Source: a bacterium (GTDB lineage: Bacteria; Electryoneota; Electryoneia; Electryoneales; Electryoneaceae). From it: a DNA stretch of 64,000 nt. This document shows, piece after piece, positions 1 through 8,838 of the stretch. The DNA lies in assembly GCA_963669175.1 (NCBI GenBank), contig OY769902.1, positions 4,800,001-4,864,000 on the forward strand, read 5' to 3'. Position numbers and translations under genes: made by a program. The notes under the pieces are model-generated. The model searched no databases and was not told the DNA's origin. It saw only the letters and a list, made by a program, of their open reading frames with translations. The first letter of the stretch is position 1. The number at the start of each line of letters is the position of its first letter.

Positions 1-73
1 TGTTTGCGCCCCCGATGTAGAGCAAAGTGACAGTATCAGCAACGCAAACAGTATCGCAGCTATGTGAATTCGT

Positions 74-1723
74 CTAGTTTGCATGTTGCTCGCTCCCGGT
101 TTGTTGCGATTGTTTATCGGATTTGTCTGATGTTTTCTCTTTGCCTGTACCGGATGAAGGGAACTCGACCGGCAGATGACGCACATCATCTTCCGCATCT
201 TTCAGGAAGAGTTTTTGACGAAGTTTTTGCTTATCCTGTGTTGCGATGTCCTTGATCTCACCCGGCGCGGAATGGTGACTGGTGCGAGGTTCGACAAAGA
301 GAATATCCTCGCGCAGCTCATAGGCGCGATTCTGCCAGTATGCCTTGGTGCGGTAGGGATCACGTTCCGATTGTCCGAAGAACCAGGCCATGTTCAGACC
401 GAAACTGAACCCTTTGCTGTTGCTGATCAGACCACGTTCCCAGGAAACCCCGATATCCGTTTTCCATCTCTTTCGATGGGTTCCGTAACCGATGCCAAAT
501 GTGCTTCCACGTCTGCCTCCTACGCCAAATCCGGCACGAAGCAGCTTGGTTCGACTGAACAACCACTCCATGCCACCGCTGAGACGAGTGGTGGATTCGT
601 TCCCGGGCGCATCATCCAACGCCTGCCTGAGCGCACCGACAACCTGCACATTCTGCACCAGCCACCAACCAGCGCTCAAACGCAAGTCTGTGGGGAGATC
701 ACCGGTCACACTGACATCTTCCTGCAGGGAATCGACTGAATCGAAGTTGCGTTCCCAATACGCTTCGAAATCGTCCATGCCTTCGAGTGGAATGCCATTC
801 AGGGTTTGCAGGGCATAAATCCTGCGATCCGCTTTGGACCAGTTGATCTGCCCGAGCAGGTTGGTAAATGCGAGGCTGACTGTACCACGTCGATTTAACA
901 CCTTGGCTGCGACGCCGAAATCGAGTCCATACCCATGTCCGCCGGTCTGCGCGGAAACGACTTCGACATACCCTTCAGCATCAATACTGTCCACGTCCAT
1001 ATAATACCAGCCGGTCATCTCCTCGCTTTTGCCGTATGCGCCGCCGTAGTAGTAACTCATCGTAAATCCGGCCGCCAGTTCATTCAACCAGTTGTATTCG
1101 CGAACATAGTTCCACTCGTTAAAATCCCGGGCAAAGGCAAAGGCCGCACGTCCGGCTGCCATGGTCTCGCCATAGGTCTGATCGAAGTTGCGGCGTTGGC
1201 CGAAATCATCACGAGTCTGTCCTACGAGGCCCAGGTAGTAGATATCCTTGTCCACATGCAACTCACCCCAGGACAACGCATCGAGGCTGACCGCCATCTG
1301 CCAGGGTCCATAAAGCGGACCACTGAAACCAAGCATGGGGACATAGGCATCCAGTCGGGTGGCCAGGTATTCGCCCTGGATTTCATCGACAAGCGTCTGC
1401 TTTTCAGACTCGGTCAGCAACTTGTCTTCTCTGAAGGTTTCTCCCATACGGGATAACGACCACGAGTTGTTTCCCATGTGCAGGCCAAAGTTGACCACCG
1501 GGAAACGCATGGAGGAGACCGGATTATCTTCAAGGCCAAGCAGCGCGGGATTATAGCCGATTACCTCGACACCACGCGGTAGCACCGTCATGTCGCCACC
1601 AAGCGCAATACCCGTTGCATGGGTAGGCGGCATGGCGAAGCCTGATCCTGCGGTCAACAGCAGGAACATCACGCCGGCGACCATTGCGCCGACTAACCAG
1701 TAACGCCATAATTGCCGTGCCAT
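74..1723 (-). CDS. DUF5723-like outer-membrane beta-barrel protein with ~100-aa hydrophilic C-terminal tail
   Basis: ORF 74..1729; likely ATG at 1723 behind GAGGAGGAG, adjacent to the stop of the upstream lipoprotein gene. N-terminal signal peptide, 'GIALGG...NPALLG' motif, 'GYGLDFG' and amphipathic beta-strands typical of DUF5723/FadL-like barrels. Confidence 0.65.
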   Translation of the reverse strand: MARQLWRYWLVGAMVAGVMFLLLTAGSGFAMPPTHATGIALGGDMTVLPRGVEVIGYNPALLGLEDNPVSSMRFPVVNFGLHMGNNSWSLSRMGETFREDKLLTESEKQTLVDEIQGEYLATRLDAYVPMLGFSGPLYGPWQMAVSLDALSWGELHVDKDIYYLGLVGQTRDDFGQRRNFDQTYGETMAAGRAAFAFARDFNEWNYVREYNWLNELAAGFTMSYYYGGAYGKSEEMTGWYYMDVDSIDAEGYVEVVSAQTGGHGYGLDFGVAAKVLNRRGTVSLAFTNLLGQINWSKADRRIYALQTLNGIPLEGMDDFEAYWERNFDSVDSLQEDVSVTGDLPTDLRLSAGWWLVQNVQVVGALRQALDDAPGNESTTRLSGGMEWLFSRTKLLRAGFGVGGRRGSTFGIGYGTHRKRWKTDIGVSWERGLISNSKGFSFGLNMAWFFGQSERDPYRTKAYWQNRAYELREDILFVEPRTSHHSAPGEIKDIATQDKQKLRQKLFLKDAEDDVRHLPVEFPSSGTGKEKTSDKSDKQSQQTGSEQHAN

Positions 1724-1725
1724 GA

Positions 1726-3936
1726 TCACTCCTCCTCGTTTACCCGGTATACCCCTTCAATCACCAGGGCAACGTCAATACCATCCTGCACATAAGCACG
1801 AATGGCGCACGGGGTCGGGTCAATCCGGACAATCTGACGCAAGTACAGGTTATCTTGCTGAAGCAGGTTTATCCCCTGGTCGCTGATAGCTACACCGACT
1901 GTATCAAGAAGCGTGGCAGAAGCTCGTCCTGTTGAAGGATCTACTTCTGGCGCACGAATCGTCATCGGTTCAATCAGGCTGTAGCGGTTGAGGTTATCCA
2001 GCACCAGTTCGCTCTGCGCCATGGCTTCATCGGAAAAACTTCCGGCCAACAGGTAAAGCGTACCACCGAGCGGGACAGTATTGGTGATGTAGGCATACAG
2101 TCCGGCTTCCTGCAGGCCCGGTTCCAGCCCTTCGCTAAGGTCGGCTACAGGGGCGTGCATGGTTGTTGCTTCGTCTACAGTCAGGGATAACGGCGCTTCA
2201 AGGATTGCTTTCCCGATCACCTGGTCGTTCTTATGCAACATGTACGGTTCATAAGGATCCCAGGGGCTATCCATCATGGGCTCACGTCCCATCAGGGCTG
2301 TTCCTTCAATCACCAGTTGATCAGGGAAATGGTTCAACAGGCTGACCACCTTGGCAGAATCTGCATCACCGGCCCCGCCTATGATCGCGTATTGCTGTTC
2401 CGGGTCCAGCCAGCGTTCGAAGTGCTCGGTTATATTCTGGTCGATATCTCCCAACGACGAATTGACTGCCGTGATGTCCAGCACCAGCTTCGCTGGCGCC
2501 TGGAACTGGCTTCCACGTAAATCGATGACGATCTGAGCGGCATCCAGCGCCACATTTCCGGTCAGGTTACGCTGAAGGTCAGGATCTTCGGTGTCTTCCC
2601 AGACATCGATTTCCACCTCTGTGCGATCCAGTTCAACTTCTTCCTCTTTCGCGCTCCCCCATAACCATTCAAAATCAAAGCTCTCAACGGTCATGGTGGT
2701 CACAACAGTGTCTGAGGATGAGACTTCCCGGATAAGCGGATTTCCCTGCGCATCAAAGCCACCGGACAACACAACGATGGTGACCAGAACATCCATGCTT
2801 TGCGGATCTGGAGTGGGTGTGTTGTATCCTTCAGGTAAATCCATCTGGAGATATTTATCATAGACGGTTACAAACGTATCCAGGCAGACACATTCCTGCC
2901 CCAGTTCCGGCGCTGGCAGGTAGAAACCAAGTGTTAAGGTATCCGCATGAGCATCAGCATCGGTAATCGAAGGCAGTTTCACGTATACAGAATCTTCAGT
3001 TTCCGTGTAGTTCTCGATCTGGAAACGCATGGTGACAGCATTCGCCAGCGCTTCGGTTATCCAGTTCTCTTCTTCATCAAAATCAACGAGTGTCGTGTCC
3101 CGTTCCGGGTCCTGTTTGATGATCACGCCCTTATAGAAGGAAGCGTCCAACGGGCTGACACGCGCGACGAACTCCACCCCGTCTTCCGCTTCTACATACA
3201 CACCGGCCTGTTGAGGACCACTTCCTTCCGCGAACAAAACGATGTTCTGCTTCAATGAGGAACCGGAAAGATCTATTGACTGTTGCTGCGACTCGCCCGG
3301 ATGCAGGTTTGTGTAGACCAATGTGCCCAACGAAGGATTGCCGGGATCTGCTGTTGTTACATCTACAGTTATCTCGTTCCAGGTCAGGTTGGTACTGTTG
3401 GTGACTTCGAGATACAGGAAGCCCCCTCCGGGCACGACATCGGCCTGGTGGAAGTTGTTTAAGGGATCAATGTTGATCTGTGTGTTTGCGACAATGAACA
3501 ACGGGGTAAAATCGTAAAAACCTGCACCGTTGAAACCAGGCACAAAGGCATCCAGCGACATCTGACCATGCGCTTCCTGGGTAGAATCAATGGCAATGAT
3601 GCCTAATTCGGAGGTTTCTTTCGTGGTATCTTCCGGTTCATACCGGGTTAAGGAATCTGCCAGCACGACGGAATCGATCGGTTCTTCGTAATAAAAACGA
3701 AGCAAACCGCTTTCGTACACATCAATACCGCCGCCGTTCTCTGCAATCTCGTCAGGGCGAGATACCAGACTGTCCAATCCGTACCATTGCGAATTTAACG
3801 GGACAGCAAAGTTTACATCCCACTTGGGCATACCTGGATTATCCAGTGAGCAGGACGTTACCGCCAGCATCGCAGTTGCAAGCGTTACGATGAGGAAATG
3901 ACGCAATTGGATGCGAAGGGTTTCTCGACTCTTCAT
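1726..3936 (-). CDS. Large acidic beta-rich lipoprotein of unknown function, coupled to the DUF5723-like gene
   Basis: ORF 1726..3972; GGAGG RBS precedes ATG at 3936. Lipobox LAVTSC followed by 'PKWDVNFAVPL'. The stop TGA lies within the downstream gene's RBS/start region. Confidence 0.75.
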   Translation of the reverse strand: MKSRETLRIQLRHFLIVTLATAMLAVTSCSLDNPGMPKWDVNFAVPLNSQWYGLDSLVSRPDEIAENGGGIDVYESGLLRFYYEEPIDSVVLADSLTRYEPEDTTKETSELGIIAIDSTQEAHGQMSLDAFVPGFNGAGFYDFTPLFIVANTQINIDPLNNFHQADVVPGGGFLYLEVTNSTNLTWNEITVDVTTADPGNPSLGTLVYTNLHPGESQQQSIDLSGSSLKQNIVLFAEGSGPQQAGVYVEAEDGVEFVARVSPLDASFYKGVIIKQDPERDTTLVDFDEEENWITEALANAVTMRFQIENYTETEDSVYVKLPSITDADAHADTLTLGFYLPAPELGQECVCLDTFVTVYDKYLQMDLPEGYNTPTPDPQSMDVLVTIVVLSGGFDAQGNPLIREVSSSDTVVTTMTVESFDFEWLWGSAKEEEVELDRTEVEIDVWEDTEDPDLQRNLTGNVALDAAQIVIDLRGSQFQAPAKLVLDITAVNSSLGDIDQNITEHFERWLDPEQQYAIIGGAGDADSAKVVSLLNHFPDQLVIEGTALMGREPMMDSPWDPYEPYMLHKNDQVIGKAILEAPLSLTVDEATTMHAPVADLSEGLEPGLQEAGLYAYITNTVPLGGTLYLLAGSFSDEAMAQSELVLDNLNRYSLIEPMTIRAPEVDPSTGRASATLLDTVGVAISDQGINLLQQDNLYLRQIVRIDPTPCAIRAYVQDGIDVALVIEGVYRVNEEE

Positions 3937-4232
3937 GACGCCTCCTTCACTGTGTCTTCTCCCTCTAAACACAGCTTGTTATGCAGTAAAATGCTCCTGA
4001 AGTGTTTCAAGTCTTCTGAAACAGCTCTGCGTAAATCTCTTCTTGTAACCAGTGTGAGCTTCATCACATTTTCCTGTTTGTTTTAACAAAACAAGCTTTC
4101 CCTTCCCGCGAATAAAGTGCCACCGTCTTCTAATTCCTTCTTTGACTTTTGTCACAATGCGATCATTTCGGAGAGCTAAGGTCCAAATAATGAAACGTTT
4201 CTATATACTTTTTTCTGTCTTTTCGGAATTTC

Positions 4233-4364
4233 GAGGTTTCAGGAAGGGTTTTCTTAGGGTGTTGTTTTTCAACTTTTTGTTTCGGCTTTTTGGAAAAAAA
4301 TGAGGTTTCAGGATTTGCCCCCCGGAATCGGGTGACAGGGCTCACAAAACCAGGTTTTTCAGGA
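4233..4364. promoter_or_regulatory. Direct repeats GAGGTTTCAGGA (4233-4244, 4302-4313, variant 4352-4364) upstream of the lipoprotein operon; possible regulator sites
   Basis: Two exact 12-bp copies 69 bp apart plus AGGTTTTTCAGGA, in an AT-rich intergenic region. Confidence 0.3.
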
Positions 4365-4532
4365 AAACCGGGATGCAAATGCAACAACTCATGGCAAGTC
4401 AGTGAGAGGCATGCGGCGAGAATCAGGCTCTATTGAAGAGGATCATGACGTTTTGATGGATGGCGTGGGGAGAAGTGAAAAAGTAGTCAGTGTAGGAAGT
4501 GAAAAAAGTTGTCAGTGAAAAAAGTGAAAAAT

Positions 4533-4826
4533 GTGCATGGCCCGACCTTGCCGGGAGTGAATAGGGAGTACTCGCCCAATGCGGACTACATCAGCCAAGC
4601 TTCATCCTGTGATGCAGATGATGAGCAAGTCGGGATTGGGAGAGGTTCAGGATCATGCCAGGCCAGCCACAGCGAAAAGGTGCATGGCCCGACCTTGCCG
4701 GGAGTGAATAGGGAGTACTCGCCCAATGCGGACTACATCAGCCAAGCTTCATCCTGCGGTGCGAATGATGAGCAAGTCGGGTTTTGTGAGAGGGTCAGGA
4801 TCATGCCAAGTCATCCACAGCGAAAA
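4533..4826 (+). repeat. Tandem doublet of a 147-bp structured repeat (family also at 23477-23750)
   Basis: Copy 1 is 4533-4679 and copy 2 is 4680-4826; the first ~75 bp are identical. Internal inverted pair CCCGACCTTGC / GCAAGTCGGG and outer pair GCATG / CATGC. Confidence 0.9.
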
Positions 4827-4943
4827 AGCTGTCTCGGAACAGTGTTGACTGGGACAGGAATCTACTCCGGTGGCCGTTTTACCACTGATTGTATCAGGAT
4901 GAACTACAGAGTTGTTTAAAATCCGTTCTACAACAGAGCTCCA

Positions 4944-6521
4944 TCAGGAACGTATCGATTGATGAGTCGGCTTCAGCAGATCATTGACCGTTTTCACCGG
5001 ATTGAATGTTTCAATAGGTGTTTCCACAAATACCGTAATCCAGTCGGCCATGGCGCCATTCCACAGACCGGGTAGTTCCAGCGCCAGTAGTTCACGTCCC
5101 TGGCAGGATTTTTTCGAGATGAATCCGGAAGCCGGATCACGATACTGCATGAGGTCGAACGGTTTCCCTTTCCAGTCCTTGATCGAACAGACCAGATCAA
5201 CAGGATTAAAATGAGTGGCGGATTCGAGAATGGACGCCTGCTCCGGATCATCCTTGTCAATCTGTGAGGTCTCAACGATCTGGAGTGACACCGCGCCGTT
5301 CTTGCCTTTCACCCAGAATGGACCGCCGCCGGGGTCACCTTCATTCTTGACCATGCCACAAACGCGCATCGGGCGATTCAGTTTGTCGGCAAGATAGGTC
5401 CGTTTTTTCGATACAGCATGCGTGGCCCAATCCGACGGACGGTGAATATTCAGTTGATCCTCTGCGATGGTCATGATCTCGTCAAGCCGTGGCCCATCAG
5501 GCTTATCCTGTTTGATTTCACGGATAAAGCCGAAGACCAGCTCCTGCAACTCAACAAGAAGTCCACCGAGTAACCTCTTATATAGAATGGTTGTTTCTGC
5601 TTTTTCAAACGGGACAACATTATCAATATTCTTGACATAGATGATTTCGCCGGGCAATGCGCCCAGGTTCCCCAGCAAAGCCCCGTGTCCCCCAGGCCGG
5701 AATACAAGATGACCATCCTTATCACGGAAAGGAGTTCCATCCGGATTGGCCGCTATGGTTTCAGTCGCAACATCCTGAATAGAGTATTTATGGAAGAGAC
5801 GTAATCCCTGCTTGGACAGCTCACGTTCGAAGCGGCTGATATGAGAACGCACACGTTCTTCATGTTCCGGGGCCACGGTAAAATGCAGGCGTGACATACG
5901 CTTGCTATCCTGAACGTATGCTGTTGCTTCCAGGATATGTTCACCAAATGGCGTACGAATACGTGTGTCAATCTTATGAAAGGGAATGAGTCCCTTGGGG
6001 CGGTTCTGGTAGTCGAGACCCTTACTCGTCAGCAGGTATTTCAGCGCGAGGGAATAGTCGCCCTCATCGAGTAACTCTTCCAGGTCGTGGCCGTCATCCT
6101 CCATCGCTTCGACCAGGTAGGGGTAAAACGCAAACCGCTTCAGGTTATTGAAAAAGCGCAAGCCAAAGATAGCGGCATCATCACCTTCCTCAACATAATC
6201 CGTGAGCTTTTCAGAGGTAATCGTCCCTTTCCTGGTATGCAACGCCAGCAGGTTCTTGAACATCCTGGTCGCTGCCCCGGATGCCGGGACGAATTTCATC
6301 ATGCGTCCACTTGCTGAAGCCTCGCCATGTTTTGCCAGCAGTGAATCCCAACGGTCTTCAGATAGACTGATAATGCCATCACCAAGGGTGCAGGCCCGGT
6401 CCAGGCATACTGGGGCGATTCCTTCACTGATCGTCTGAAGTTGTTGTAATACCGTATTTTCATCTATGCCTTGCTCTTTGATTTGACGACGGTCTTGTGA
6501 CGTGAAATTCCCCTGCCCCAT
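4944..6521 (-). CDS. DUF4301 family protein (nucleotidyltransferase-like fold)
   Basis: Motifs KFVPASGAATRMFK, PKGLIPFH, FRPGGHGALL, KNIDNV, RPMRVCGMVKNEGDPGGGPFWV, THFNPVDLVC, LELPGLWNGAMADW, FNPVKTVNDLL. ATG 6521 follows a GGAG RBS. Confidence 0.9.
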   Translation of the reverse strand: MGQGNFTSQDRRQIKEQGIDENTVLQQLQTISEGIAPVCLDRACTLGDGIISLSEDRWDSLLAKHGEASASGRMMKFVPASGAATRMFKNLLALHTRKGTITSEKLTDYVEEGDDAAIFGLRFFNNLKRFAFYPYLVEAMEDDGHDLEELLDEGDYSLALKYLLTSKGLDYQNRPKGLIPFHKIDTRIRTPFGEHILEATAYVQDSKRMSRLHFTVAPEHEERVRSHISRFERELSKQGLRLFHKYSIQDVATETIAANPDGTPFRDKDGHLVFRPGGHGALLGNLGALPGEIIYVKNIDNVVPFEKAETTILYKRLLGGLLVELQELVFGFIREIKQDKPDGPRLDEIMTIAEDQLNIHRPSDWATHAVSKKRTYLADKLNRPMRVCGMVKNEGDPGGGPFWVKGKNGAVSLQIVETSQIDKDDPEQASILESATHFNPVDLVCSIKDWKGKPFDLMQYRDPASGFISKKSCQGRELLALELPGLWNGAMADWITVFVETPIETFNPVKTVNDLLKPTHQSIRS

Positions 6522-6735
6522 AACCAACTCCTGCCTTAAAAAGCACCACCCTGAAGACGCTTCACCCCTTAACAGCGAGCCCGCAATTTGCTACGTTGGA
6601 ATCTCTACAATAATAACAAAAGACAAGAGGTATGTCCATGCTGAGAATAATGCTGTGCCCCTGATGCCCCAATTCTCAGGAACTGATCTGAGGTATAACC
6701 TTCTCGGTTTTTTTCCGACATAATAGAGATTGTCG

Positions 6736-6819
6736 GGAAAAGGGGACGGGATCCTTTTCCTCGCGCTTATGCAGAATATTCGTGAAGTATTCCTGGAAAA
6801 GGAAACTGTCCCCTTTTCC
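6736..6819. repeat. Short REP-like palindromes GGAAAAGG-N9-CCTTTTCC (6736-6760, 6795-6819; relatives at 7444-7468 and 23439-23460)
   Basis: Visible imperfect palindromes; AAAAGGAAACTGTCCCCTTTTC (6797-6818) matches AAAAGGAAACTGCACCCTTTTC (23439-23460) at 20 of 22 positions. Confidence 0.7.
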
Positions 6820-7033
6820 ACGCGCCAGAGCCTCAACGCATACTTGTACCGAGGTAGTATTTCGAGCTGTTGCCTGGAATTTGAAACGAGTCACAGTCCC
6901 GACTCACTCGAAGCTGCGCCATGAAATGAAACAGCACAACAGTATCCATCTTGATACTATAGCGTCAGATACATCACTTGTGAATCGGGCCACCCGCCCT
7001 GCCTGCTCTCAAGAAAGCGGGAAGGCTTTACCC

Positions 7034-7430
7034 CTGTCTCTTGCTCACATCTTCGTGTTTCTGCCACCCCAGAGGGGGTGGTATATTTTAGCGTAGGGTT
7101 GACGCTGTCTGTTTAGCGTCTACCCTACGAAAAAGATTAAACCTTATCTCAACCCTGGAAGGGTTGCATAAAGTATAATTTACACCCAATTGGTTTGTAT
7201 AGAATATAAAATGCGTTAATTCCTTGTATTTATTGAACGTACTAATATAAATCGCGTATTATGCAACCCTTCCAGGGTTGATTATTCGTTAGAATACCTG
7301 ACATAGTGTACAGGCCAAACAGACGGCCTGTACACTATGCTAAAATAGGGAATCCCGCCGGGATTCTAAAAATGCTATGTCCACAACTCTTTTACTGATA
7401 CAGCTTTCAGAAGATGTGGGTAAGAGACAG
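7034..7430. mobile_element. Non-autonomous IS4-family (IS50/Tn5-like) MITE, 397 bp
   Basis: Terminal inverted repeats CTGTCTCTTGCTCACATCT (7034-7052) and CTGTCTCTTACCCACATCT (reverse complement of 7412-7430) resemble IS50/Tn5 19-bp ends. Flanked by exact 10-bp direct repeat GGCTTTACCC (7024-7033, 7431-7440). No transposase ORF. Confidence 0.88.
7064..7366. repeat. REP/REPIN-like symmetric hairpin element nested inside the IS50-like MITE
   Basis: Perfect 23-bp inverted repeat TCAACCCTGGAAGGGTTGCATAA (7149-7171 / 7259-7281). Mirror hairpins 7092-7129 and 7302-7339 share the loop GTCTGTTT and flank ATTTTAGC but differ in stem sequence. Outer small hairpins at 7064-7081 and 7350-7366. Confidence 0.8.
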
Positions 7431-8090
7431 GGCTTTACCCCGGGGAAAGGAGGCAGTCCCCTTTTTCCATATCCTTTCTTTCAACCATAAAAGGATCTTT
7501 CACTGATATAGCAAATGACCCTATGACGGACTAATAATGGGAATCGCTATATTTTCTACGAACTGTTTCGAATTCCCCTGTCTGTCCTTTTGATGGACCT
7601 TTTCAGCAAGAGAAATAAATCTGGGAGTTGTATCCTGGTTCAATACATGGCTTTTAAACTTGCCCATATTGGCAAGCAAACAGAGGCAAAGTGTCGGTGG
7701 ATCAGTCGGTATATCAAAGGACAGGTTGCTTGTTGTTCCATTCTTTGGTTATACCGGCATCAGAATAGTTACCTTGACAACAATTTATGCTTTGGCAGCG
7801 ATCTACCCCGAAGAGGTGATCCATGATCAAAGACAACCGGCCTACCGCCCCCTTAACCCGTCTCTATTCTCCGTTTTACCCGCAGCACAACTCTGTTCAC
7901 TCCTGTAGTTTTACACCTACTTTCCATGGATGTACACAGGCTCTTCCAGGCAAACAGACCTGCAATTCTAATGAAGACCTTGCAGGCATGCTGTATATAG
8001 ATGTGGAGAGTTTCCCGGAATTTATCCACATGGTTTTGACGGGAGAACCTGTTCAGTTCATCAAGACAACAAGATTGAAGGGAGAATAGC

Positions 8091-8288
8091 ATGCAGGAGA
8101 AGATTGGAACTGCTGCCGGCGAAGTCTGGACCTTTTTGAAGACAAATGGTGAGACCAGCGCCGCAAACCTGAAGAAAGAACTTGGTATGCCGCAAAGCAT
8201 GGTTGACCGTGCTATAGGGTGGCTTGCCCGTGAAGACAAGGTTGAAGAAACCATGAAAGGGCGTTGCGCGAATTATTCTGCCAAGTAA
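8091..8288 (+). CDS. Small winged helix-turn-helix protein (DUF2582 family)
   Basis: Signature 'IGTAAGEVWTFL...AIGWLAREDKV'; GGGAGA RBS. Confidence 0.9.
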   Translation: MQEKIGTAAGEVWTFLKTNGETSAANLKKELGMPQSMVDRAIGWLAREDKVEETMKGRCANYSAK

Positions 8289-8302
8289 TTCCTTCCGCTT
8301 TC

Positions 8303-8336
8303 AAATCCCTGCAAATTGGCTTGCAGGGATTTTTTT
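8303..8336 (+). terminator. Rho-independent terminator
   Basis: AAATCCCTGCAA-attggc-TTGCAGGGATTT followed by a T tract, just after the DUF2582 gene. Confidence 0.8.
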
Positions 8337-8340
8337 ATTT

Positions 8341-8663
8341 GGTTCCTCACAAGAATTTGTGCATCCGGGCAATGTTGTGGCAGGTCTTGACGCGACATTC
8401 TGTCTTCGGCTTTAGCAATGTTTTCCTGAATAACGATGATACAGAAACCGCCTCTCGCCCTGTTTTTGTCGCGTTTTGACCTGCCACAGATATCAGCATT
8501 CTCGCGTCACAACACGATGCCTGACGACGAACTATCATGTAAAATTGCAGGCGTTAAGTCGGACAGGTGTCTGAAATTGCGGTGAAAAACAAGAAAAAGG
8601 CATCGTGTCAAGACCTGACGAAACGTGCTCGTCGATAATATGCACAAATTCTTGTGAGCAGCC
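8341..8663. mobile_element. MITE copy 1 (323 bp; same family as 17300-17632)
   Basis: 24-bp terminal inverted repeats GGTTCCTCACAAGAATTTGTGCAT / GGCTGCTCACAAGAATTTGTGCAT. Colinear with copy 2. Flanks TTTTATTT / TTTTGTAT (6 of 8 match, possibly a decayed TSD). Confidence 0.88.
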
Positions 8664-8838
8664 TTTTGTATAAATGAGGGTCAGATACTGAATTCGATTC
8701 TCCAGCGTCTCTCGCACTTGTTATCTCTAACTTGATTCCTTATCGCAATAGTGTATCTTTCGCAGGCTGACACGGGCACTAACAAACTGTGCGCCGTGGT
8801 GTTTCTTCTCTACGAAAAAATACTGAACATATATTCAG

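Noticed and set aside
4533-4826. CRISPR array, attC cassette array or self-cleaving ribozyme
   Set aside because: Only two units per locus, identical rather than unique middles at this locus, and no cas or integrase gene. No clear RYYYAAC/GTTRRRY boxes; hammerhead CUGAUGA/GAAA and HDV cores are not conserved across the four copies.
4509-4919. 136-aa ORF with an internal 49-aa duplication
   Set aside because: The duplication is simply the 147-bp DNA repeat. The related units at 23.5 kb have a 137-bp period (not a multiple of 3), so the family is non-coding.
7034-7430. Nextera adapter (Tn5 mosaic end) contamination
   Set aside because: Both ends carry 2-3 differences from the ME, face inward as TIRs, are flanked by an exact target duplication and are not followed by adapter sequence.
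7590-8089. Short ORFs 7590-7826, 7660-7908 and 7823-8089 (the last has a GAGGTG RBS-like motif)
   Set aside because: Mutually overlapping with no recognisable motifs or protein-like composition. 7823-8089 cannot be excluded but is unsupported.
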